Of a stretch of DNA of 64,000 nucleotides, positions 54,422-62,068 are shown piece after piece. Within the stretch, counting starts at the first letter, position 1, and each line of letters starts with the position of its first letter. Under the pieces are notes generated by a model. It worked only from the letters and a program-made list of their open reading frames with translations, did no database searches and was not told where the DNA came from. The DNA is taken from the NCBI GenBank assembly GCA_017404515.1, contig JAFRCG010000004.1, positions 1,156 through 65,155 on the forward strand, written 5' to 3'. The stretch is from Candidatus Saccharimonadota bacterium (GTDB lineage: Bacteria > Patescibacteriota > Saccharimonadia > Saccharimonadales > Saccharimonadaceae). A program made the translations under genes and the position numbers.

Positions 54422-55611
54422 TAGGCAGCCCTCCTGAGTCTGAAGATACGCATACTACTATTAGCATAATATCCGCGGGCGTGGTCTGCGGTGCGGTCTC
54501 CGTGAGAGGCGGAAGCAATACGGCCATTACCGGCGTTATCTACGACATAAATTTCTACATGACCAGGAGAGGCGCGGATGTCGCCCGGCTGAAGATTGGC
54601 AGGATTCCCGGTGTTCGTAATTTCTTCATATAATGCTGGATGGGAAGCAAAGTAGTTTAGCATGTTGTTGGCACCACAACATGGAACATTTGGATCGGCG
54701 CCGGAGTAGCGTAGAACAGTGGCGACAAAAGCGTCACAGCTAGCGCCAATTTGAACATAGTGATCGCCATAAGTATTGAGGTCTACGGCAATGAGGGCCT
54801 GGCGATAAGCCTCGATGGGGTCATCGATGGCGTGGCCGCGCTCTGCCCAAGATAGGGCAAGAGCAGTGGCGTTAATGTCGCCATTACCAGCAGAGGTTGG
54901 CGGACAAGCAGAAAGACTGCTAGATGAGCCGGTGAGAAGACCGTTATTTTCTGCAATTTCACCAGAAGAAGCCCAGCCTTTTTCTGCGGCGCGGTTTTGG
55001 ACAGCTTTGATAATGCCAGCAAGTTTGGAAACATAATTTGGATCGGTGGCATAGCCAGCAGCCTTGATGGCTTGGATGTAGCCGATAGGGTCTCCGGCAT
55101 GATCAAAAGCTCCGTGCTGACGATAGCGAGGATTATTGCTGATAAATTCAAAGTACCCCTTCCAGCCTTCGGCTGGGGAGCTGTAATATTTAGCGGCATC
55201 AGGATTATTATCTACGGCGCCGATGCCAAAGAAATTGTTTCGTTCCCTGGCAAATCTACTGGTGCCGGAAGCAGATTCTAGAATTCCTTGAGCCATAACG
55301 GCTTCCCAAGGAATGCCATATTCGGCACCAAGTTGAGCTGCAATATCATGGTATGTGTCGACAAAGGCGGCTTGCAGGCTGGAAAGGCCGGCGCTAACTG
55401 TACCATCGTAACTACCAAGGCCAGCATAGCAATCATTGCCGAGACCGTCGGGATTATAATAGTAGATGCCGTTTTTGGAGAAAAAATCTAGGAGCTTTTC
55501 GGTGGTAGGGTTACTTGTGGTAGCAAAAGTAAGAGGAGTAATTATAGCGGATAATAAAATACTAATGGCAAGCAGGAGGATTTTTATACGGAGAGATTTT
55601 AGGGTTTTCAT
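54421..55611 (-). CDS. bifunctional peptidoglycan hydrolase, CwlT-like (second copy)
   Basis: Signal peptide present. GIPWEAVMAQGILESASGTSRFARERNNFFGI is a GH73 motif. C-domain Cys (ASCDAFVATV) and His (SPGHVEIYVV) motifs. Confidence 0.78.
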   Translation of the reverse strand: MKTLKSLRIKILLLAISILLSAIITPLTFATTSNPTTEKLLDFFSKNGIYYYNPDGLGNDCYAGLGSYDGTVSAGLSSLQAAFVDTYHDIAAQLGAEYGIPWEAVMAQGILESASGTSRFARERNNFFGIGAVDNNPDAAKYYSSPAEGWKGYFEFISNNPRYRQHGAFDHAGDPIGYIQAIKAAGYATDPNYVSKLAGIIKAVQNRAAEKGWASSGEIAENNGLLTGSSSSLSACPPTSAGNGDINATALALSWAERGHAIDDPIEAYRQALIAVDLNTYGDHYVQIGASCDAFVATVLRYSGADPNVPCCGANNMLNYFASHPALYEEITNTGNPANLQPGDIRASPGHVEIYVVDNAGNGRIASASHGDRTADHARGYYANSSMRIFRLRRAA

Positions 55612-58247
55612 GCGGTGGTTTCTCCATGACGACTAATGATATAGGCAGATTCATAAAGTAGTGGGAAGGTAAAAATATCTGATGGAGATTGTTTGGCTGT
55701 GGAGGCTAAACTAATAGGGTTTGCGGAGCTATTGGTATCTCCAAAGGCAAAAGCAGAAGAAGCATCATAGTTTTCTACTTTTTTGATATAATCGACTACT
55801 GCAAGAACAGTTTCAGCGTCGGATTTTTCTAAGCCAGAGATGCGGGCAAGATAGCCAGCGGTAGAGTTGTCTTGAGGATGAGATTTTTCGTATTGATTTT
55901 GATAGGCAACTACAGGTCCACCATCTTCGGAGCAAAGTCCCATGTGGCATTTGACGCGCCAGGTTAATGCCCAAAGTTGGTGATATTTTTCTACTTCCCA
56001 GTATGGATTGTCAGGAGAGTTGACATAGCGGGAGCCATCGGCTACAGATTCACAATATTCGGTAGTATCAAAAGCCTTGAGCATATCGGAAATATTGGTG
56101 AGGAAAGAAAGTATATTGGAACGCTCTTTGCAGGCTTTGGCGATGTTGGCGTCTCTGATGCCGGGAGCAGAATACCTACCCATATGGAAAGCGATGAAGT
56201 CGGCAAGAGGCGAATTCTCACGGACGACTTCTTCCCCGTCAGAGTTAATATCGACGCTTTCTGAAATAACTTCTTGGTATTTTGGATCATCTGTGGAAAG
56301 ATTCATAAGGGATAAATCAATGGTAGAAATAGCACTGCAATAGATGTTGGCCGAGGCGCTAATTTCTTCGGTTTTGGCACAGTCGCCAAAGTTAGTCATG
56401 AGAGAGGTATTTTCTCCGGCGGCATAAGTGGAATTTAGAGAGGCGAGGGAGGTGCTAGTAGCAGAGGAGAGAGAGGAGATGGCGGAGAAGGCGGTGGAAT
56501 TTCCGGCGGCAACTGACATAAGAGAATGAGCAATAGAGCCGAGGAAAGTATTTTTGGAGCTAGCGTCAAATGGGCCGTGGTGGAGACGATCTACTTCGGC
56601 TTCTCTTGCGATAAGAGCGTTAGTTTCTTGGTTATAAGCGAGGACTTGAGACTTTGAGGCGGTAGTAGCGCCGGAAGTTTGGCGTGCGGAAAGCATATTA
56701 GCATTGGCGGCACCCATAGCAAAGGCTTCGCCACCGGCAATACCAACGGCATTTTCAAATGGATTTTCGTACATAATTTGAGCTACAGTTGGTACTAAGA
56801 GACTAAGGACAGTTTCGGCAGTGACGCGGATGCCAAGGTTAAAGGCAGTGCCTAGTAAGACGCCAATGGTAGCGCCGATGAGTCCGCTTCCTGGATTTGC
56901 CAGGGCGGAGAGGCTAAGAACTACTCCTGATGCGCGCGCTACGGTACAAGTATTGGTATCTAAGCCAATGGAAAAGGCTGTGTTTTCGGTGGCAGTGTAG
57001 CTGCGCTCTAGAGAATATTTAGCAGTATTATTTTGGTTGGCAGGAAGATTATTTAATACAACTTTGGCACCTTCTGATTCTAGCGGCGATCCGGTGATAG
57101 ACATTTCTTCTCCTGTAACTGGATCGTAAACTGTAGTGGTGGTTGGGGTGGTAAACCAGTTTAATACAGAATTTGTAGCAGAATAATCGCCAAATCCAGC
57201 TTTGGTTTTGCTGAGGTTTTCCATTTTGGTCATAAAATCATGCATGGCTTGATAGTAGCGATTAGAGGAGATGGCCGTAGAGACCATATTGCCAATTTTG
57301 AGAGTGGAACAACCGGCGGATTCTTCGGCGACTTTTTCGCCAATATTATGCAGATATTCTTTGGCGCGATCTTCTGGTGATTCCGAGCTGGCAGAAGATG
57401 AAGAAATAGCTTCGCCGACGGGGGTATATTCGATAGTTTTATTACCTTTGTCGTCTTCAAGAATTTGTTTTTCGGCGGTATCGACGGTAGCTTTGGCACT
57501 ATTGCTGAAATAATCAGTCATGATAGTGTTGTAATTTGCGTCGTCAGTAGCTTGATTGCCAGTGGTTTGGTAGTCTTGAAAAACATTGCGAGAAAGACCA
57601 AGTTTTTTGTAGAAATTTTGAGCGGCGGTATCGAAGAAATTGGCGGCACGACCACGAATAGCGTTGTCATAAGCTTCACGGAAATAGGTGTTGCCATTGT
57701 ACATAGAACGGAAATTGTCTGCCGTAACAGTGTGGCCGTCGTATTCTATAGTGCTAGAAGAATGGACAGTAAAGCCTTCTTTTTCCAGGCGTTCTTTCAT
57801 ATAGTCGGTCATTTCTATTTTTCCGGAGAGCATTTCTTCGGCCATGTGTTGAGCGCGAAGATTGTAGCCGGTATAGCCAGTATCAGTAGCTTCAGTAAAT
57901 AAAGCTTCAATATGAGAGCCTAGGAACGAGGCGGAGCCAAAGATAAGAAAGGCGCCAATTATGATGACAAACAAGATAAGCAGTGCAGGGGTGAGGCGGA
58001 GAAGTTTGTGCGATGTCTTCCCTTTTCTCTTTTTGTGTCCAGTGTTAGAAAAGAATGAGGGAGAAGGCGTAGGTGTGGTAGTTTCTAGAGCTTTAGTGTC
58101 TTGCGAAATCGATTTTTTATTAGCGGCAGAATTTTCTAAGTTTTTTAGAGAATTGGCGGTAGGGTTTGCAGGATTAGCAGGTTTTTTGGTGCCTGGAAAA
58201 GAAGGCTTGATGTCACCTTTCCCAAAGTAGTTTTTCTGACCTACCAT
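55608..58247 (-). CDS. large T4SS membrane protein, ConG/TcpH/VirB6-position
   Basis: 879 aa. A disordered N-terminus and a TM helix (LTPALLILFVIIIGAFLIFG) precede a central cluster of hydrophobic Gly/Ala-rich helices. It sits between VirB4 and the hydrolase, as ConG/Orf15 does. Confidence 0.5.
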   Translation of the reverse strand: MVGQKNYFGKGDIKPSFPGTKKPANPANPTANSLKNLENSAANKKSISQDTKALETTTPTPSPSFFSNTGHKKRKGKTSHKLLRLTPALLILFVIIIGAFLIFGSASFLGSHIEALFTEATDTGYTGYNLRAQHMAEEMLSGKIEMTDYMKERLEKEGFTVHSSSTIEYDGHTVTADNFRSMYNGNTYFREAYDNAIRGRAANFFDTAAQNFYKKLGLSRNVFQDYQTTGNQATDDANYNTIMTDYFSNSAKATVDTAEKQILEDDKGNKTIEYTPVGEAISSSSASSESPEDRAKEYLHNIGEKVAEESAGCSTLKIGNMVSTAISSNRYYQAMHDFMTKMENLSKTKAGFGDYSATNSVLNWFTTPTTTTVYDPVTGEEMSITGSPLESEGAKVVLNNLPANQNNTAKYSLERSYTATENTAFSIGLDTNTCTVARASGVVLSLSALANPGSGLIGATIGVLLGTAFNLGIRVTAETVLSLLVPTVAQIMYENPFENAVGIAGGEAFAMGAANANMLSARQTSGATTASKSQVLAYNQETNALIAREAEVDRLHHGPFDASSKNTFLGSIAHSLMSVAAGNSTAFSAISSLSSATSTSLASLNSTYAAGENTSLMTNFGDCAKTEEISASANIYCSAISTIDLSLMNLSTDDPKYQEVISESVDINSDGEEVVRENSPLADFIAFHMGRYSAPGIRDANIAKACKERSNILSFLTNISDMLKAFDTTEYCESVADGSRYVNSPDNPYWEVEKYHQLWALTWRVKCHMGLCSEDGGPVVAYQNQYEKSHPQDNSTAGYLARISGLEKSDAETVLAVVDYIKKVENYDASSAFAFGDTNSSANPISLASTAKQSPSDIFTFPLLYESAYIISRHGETTA

Positions 58248-58299
58248 AACAGTTATATTATAACATAAAACTAGTAAAATAACTAGTTATTCTCTTCCT

Positions 58300-60162
58300 C
58301 TACTGTTGTTGGTTGTTTTGACCAACTGGGTTGGTGGTGATGAGTGATTCCTCAGTTTCTGAAGCAATAACTTGGATGTGGACATGGTTTTGACCGGCAA
58401 AGAAAAGGCCTTGACCGACTGGGAAGTTGGAAAGACGCTTTTTCTCTTCTTCGGTGAGCTTGAAAACATCGGAAAGCACATCGACGGCAGAGCTTGATTG
58501 TTTGAGAAGAATTTGCATAGAGGAGTTAGCCACAATAGCGCGACCCATCTTGGTGGACATAAAATCTTCTACATCCTGAGTAATGGTGGTAAGGCCAAGG
58601 TAATATTTACGAGCGCGTTTAGCAAGAGAAAAGAGGAAGTTGGCGGAATCTTCGTATTCCATGAGCTGCCAAGCCTCATCAACAATGAGCAGGCGGCGTT
58701 TTTGCTGAGCGCGTACAATGTTCCAGATGTGAGACAAGACAATATACATAGCAACTGGACGGAGTTCGTCTTCTAGATCGCGAATATTGAAGACGACCAT
58801 TTGGTTATTAATGTCAATATTAGACTGTTGAGAGAAGATGCCGGCAAAGGTACCAGTGGTGTATTTGCGAAGACGCTGTGCAAGATTAGGGCCGGTACCA
58901 CCCATGTGTGAAAGCGTGTCGTAGAGGTTGAAAATGGTTGGTGGGGTGGATTGGTGCGTAAGAGGATCGGAAGTGATGCCGGCACGAGCATAAGTATCAA
59001 TGAGGGCTTGGTCTAGATCGGCTTCTTCGTTAGGGGTGAGAGCAGGAGCGGCAGCCGCCATATTGGCGCCGGCGGCGGAAGATTTGCTATTAGTGCCGCC
59101 ACTAAGCATGAGACGGAAAAGGCCATGGAGCGTGACAAGGTTGGCACGGAGAGCATCATTAGCATCTTCGGCGTCAACGACTTTTGGTAAATCGAAAGGA
59201 TTAATACGGACATCGGAGTTGAGAGAGAGGCGAATATATGAACCGCCTACAGCATCACAGAGGCGCTGATATTCGTTTTCTGGGTCGATAATGAGAATTT
59301 CGCTGCCGGTCATCATAGAACGGAGAGCCTCAAGCTTGACAGTGAAAGATTTACCAGAACCAGATTTAGCGAAGACTACCATATTGGCATTTTCTAGAGA
59401 GAAACGATCGAAAATGACAAGGCCATTATTGTGCATGTTGATGCCGTATAAGATGCCTTTTTCCTGGGTAAGATCAGCAGAGGTGAATGGGAAAGAAGTA
59501 GAAATGGCACCAGTATTCATGTTGCGGCGAATGAGAAGTTGATCAGTACACTGTGGCATACAGCTGTTCATGCCCTGTTCTTGTTGAGAAGACGCAACTT
59601 TGGAGAATACCATCTGTTGACCAAAGAGGGTTTCGATTTTGCGCTGAACAAAGCCTAGTTCGTCAAGAGAATCTGCCCAAAGAGTAACATAGAGGCCAAA
59701 ACGGAAGAATTTTTCGGCACCAACTTGGAGTTGATCACGAAGTTCCTCGGCGTCACCAATAGCAGCTTCGAGCTCTGGATCGCGAACTTTGCCCTTTTCG
59801 GTGTTGACAGAGATAGAAGCCTCTAGTTGGGTGACTTTTTTCTGAAGGTTTTTCATGACGACGGTAGTATCTACTGGGTAGATGTACATGGAAATATCTA
59901 GGACTTCATCAATATTGATAAGCGGAGAAAGCCAACCGGTGTAGAGGGAGCGAGGATAGCCATAAACATAGAGAGTGCGCCCGTACTTGGTGCCAAGACG
60001 GAAATAATCGGTGTGGATTTCGATACTAGAAGGTGAAATAAGATCGCGGAGAGTGGTGATACCTTGTTCAAAGGCGCGCTGGATTTCTGCTTCTTCCATG
60101 GCTTGGGCTTGGGAAGCAATTTGAGCGGCAGTGAGCTGTTTGTTCTGATCTTTTTTACTCAT
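58300..60162 (-). CDS. virB4: VirB4-family T4SS ATPase (ConE/PrgJ/TcpF-like)
   Basis: 620 aa. Walker A FAKSGSGKSF, Walker B RLLIVDEAWQLM, and an N-domain YGRTLYVYGYPRSLYTGWLSPL. Confidence 0.88.
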   Translation of the reverse strand: MSKKDQNKQLTAAQIASQAQAMEEAEIQRAFEQGITTLRDLISPSSIEIHTDYFRLGTKYGRTLYVYGYPRSLYTGWLSPLINIDEVLDISMYIYPVDTTVVMKNLQKKVTQLEASISVNTEKGKVRDPELEAAIGDAEELRDQLQVGAEKFFRFGLYVTLWADSLDELGFVQRKIETLFGQQMVFSKVASSQQEQGMNSCMPQCTDQLLIRRNMNTGAISTSFPFTSADLTQEKGILYGINMHNNGLVIFDRFSLENANMVVFAKSGSGKSFTVKLEALRSMMTGSEILIIDPENEYQRLCDAVGGSYIRLSLNSDVRINPFDLPKVVDAEDANDALRANLVTLHGLFRLMLSGGTNSKSSAAGANMAAAAPALTPNEEADLDQALIDTYARAGITSDPLTHQSTPPTIFNLYDTLSHMGGTGPNLAQRLRKYTTGTFAGIFSQQSNIDINNQMVVFNIRDLEDELRPVAMYIVLSHIWNIVRAQQKRRLLIVDEAWQLMEYEDSANFLFSLAKRARKYYLGLTTITQDVEDFMSTKMGRAIVANSSMQILLKQSSSAVDVLSDVFKLTEEEKKRLSNFPVGQGLFFAGQNHVHIQVIASETEESLITTNPVGQNNQQQ

Positions 60163-61153
60163 TTTTTTCTCCTTTTCTCACATAAGTAGTGGCGACTTTA
60201 GCAAAATCTACTAATGGCTCTCTGACAGCAGTATCTGGATTATTGAAGTTATAATAGAGAGCGCCAAGCTCACGGGTATTAAGGCGAACTGAATGGATGC
60301 CAATTTGGAACAAACCGGAAATGACGGACTCTACACGATTGTTGATTTCGGTGATGGCTTTATCGTAAGTAGGGCGATCAATCTTGGTGACTTCTACTTG
60401 TTTGGACTTGGAAAAACTGGAGAAGAAATTGCGAGTTTGAGTGAGGACTTTTTCGGCTTCAGCAGAGATATAATAAGGAACGACAATAAAGAAAGATTTG
60501 TCCATAATATTGGCTTCTTGGGAAAGAATGTCGATGAAATTAATATAGTCGTCCATCAAGACTCCAAGGAGCATATTATCGTTATTTTTACGAATTTCGG
60601 TGAGGCGTTCAATGTATGGACCAATATCTACGCGCTGAGAGCGAACAAGAATCTGAGTGGTAAAATTGAGAGAATTGAGGAAGTTTTGATAGGAATACTC
60701 TACAGCTTCACGCTCAGTTTCAGACATAAGATCAAAGTTGATGGATTGGCAAGCAATGACGGCACGGAAAGATCCATCTTTCATGATGACAAGACCATCA
60801 CGAAGCTCAGAAATTTGCAGTGTGGATTGAGTGGAGAGGGGGCTATCTGGTGTAACATTGGTAGGAGTTGACTGGGCAGCTTGGTTAGGCTGAGCTGCTT
60901 GAGGAGTGGCGCCACTAGCGATGGTCGCAGAAGGTTGAGCTGGAGTAGGAGTGACAACTGTGGCTGGAGTAGCAGGGCTTGTTCCGGCCTGAGGAGAAGC
61001 GATAGGAGCAGCGATTGGTGTGGCTGGCATAGCTACTGCAGGATTTGCCGATGGAGCTACAGCGGCTGGAGCAGGATTGGGAGCTTGGCCGGCTCCAGTA
61101 TAAGGATTATAGGCGGTAGGTTGTTGTGGCTGTTGTGGTTGTTGTGGGTTCAT
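60155..61153 (-). CDS. T4SS-associated protein: Pro/Ala/Gln/Thr-rich disordered N-terminus plus a domain resembling the VirB4 N-terminal domain, with no ATPase
   Basis: 332 aa. The first ~115 aa are low complexity (MNPQQPQQPQQP...). These are followed by ISELRDGLVIMKDGSFRAVIACQSINFDLMSETEREAVEYSYQNFLNSLNFTTQILVRSQRVD. It overlaps the virB4 start by 8 nt. Confidence 0.55.
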   Translation of the reverse strand: MNPQQPQQPQQPTAYNPYTGAGQAPNPAPAAVAPSANPAVAMPATPIAAPIASPQAGTSPATPATVVTPTPAQPSATIASGATPQAAQPNQAAQSTPTNVTPDSPLSTQSTLQISELRDGLVIMKDGSFRAVIACQSINFDLMSETEREAVEYSYQNFLNSLNFTTQILVRSQRVDIGPYIERLTEIRKNNDNMLLGVLMDDYINFIDILSQEANIMDKSFFIVVPYYISAEAEKVLTQTRNFFSSFSKSKQVEVTKIDRPTYDKAITEINNRVESVISGLFQIGIHSVRLNTRELGALYYNFNNPDTAVREPLVDFAKVATTYVRKGEKNE

Positions 61154-61164
61154 TTCTACTCCTC

Positions 61165-62010
61165 TTAATGTAATGATACAAATACTTCGTTACCGCGATT
61201 TTCTAGGCGGGCGGCCTCTTTGGAAATGGTTTCGATGGAATATTCATTATTGTTAGCAAGATTTTGAAGTTGGGCCTGCAAGGCAGGATTAGGCTGTGCT
61301 GGTTGGGCTGGCTTAGTATTGCTAGGACTTGAAGCTCCAGTGTTTGGGGTGCTAGAAATTGGATTAATAACATTGAGATTACGGTTGATATTCTCAGTAA
61401 CGGCAGCGTCGGCAGCTTCGGCACGATTAATAGCTTGACGCATTTGGTTGACGAGCTCATCGTGACGGGAATTTTGCTGTTTGGCAAGCATTTGATTGAT
61501 AACTGGTGATGAATTAGCGTCCATAATATCTGGGGTAGCGTTGGCTTCGGCTAAGAATTGTTCACGCAAGGGAGCGTTGTTGATGTCTCCACGAACAGCA
61601 TAACCCTCAGTATCGATAACATTAGCAAGAAAAGACAGACGATTCCCTGCTTCTTCTTCGGTGATGTCGCGAGCACGGGGTTGTTCAACCTTTTTAGGAG
61701 CGGTGATTTCGATGGTGGATTCGCGTTGACCAGGATTCCAAAAACGACGGTTAGGCTTTAAATGATAAGAGACGATTGCTGCTAGATAAGTTTCCATAGG
61801 CTGGTCCTTCTTGAGAGGGAGAGCAAGAACGGCAAAGAAAATAATGAATGGAACGGCAAGAAGTGCCAAGAGTGGGAAAATTTGAAAGAGCGCAAAAGCG
61901 ACGCCAATAAATCCACCCATAACCATGAGATAGACGAACTGGCGGAAGGTGAATGGACCGAGGAGCTTATCATCGGCCTCAACATCTTGCGGGACCTTGT
62001 ACTGCGCCAT
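61165..62010 (-). CDS. PrgI-family / VirB3-like T4SS membrane protein
   Basis: YKVPQDVEADDKLLGPFTFRQFVYL followed by two TM helices, then a long C-terminal tail. Confidence 0.65.
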   Translation of the reverse strand: MAQYKVPQDVEADDKLLGPFTFRQFVYLMVMGGFIGVAFALFQIFPLLALLAVPFIIFFAVLALPLKKDQPMETYLAAIVSYHLKPNRRFWNPGQRESTIEITAPKKVEQPRARDITEEEAGNRLSFLANVIDTEGYAVRGDINNAPLREQFLAEANATPDIMDANSSPVINQMLAKQQNSRHDELVNQMRQAINRAEAADAAVTENINRNLNVINPISSTPNTGASSPSNTKPAQPAQPNPALQAQLQNLANNNEYSIETISKEAARLENRGNEVFVSLH

Positions 62011-62068
62011 ATAAGTTTATTTTAGCATGAAAAAGGTCTTGCTTCAAGCAGAAAATATGGAGAAACGG

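Noticed and set aside
58248-58299. Small hairpin (aactagt-aaaata-actagtt) between virB4 and the next gene as a regulatory attenuator
   Set aside because: It is an AT-only 7-bp stem in an AT-rich spacer that also contains the TATAAT box. It is not distinguishable from chance.
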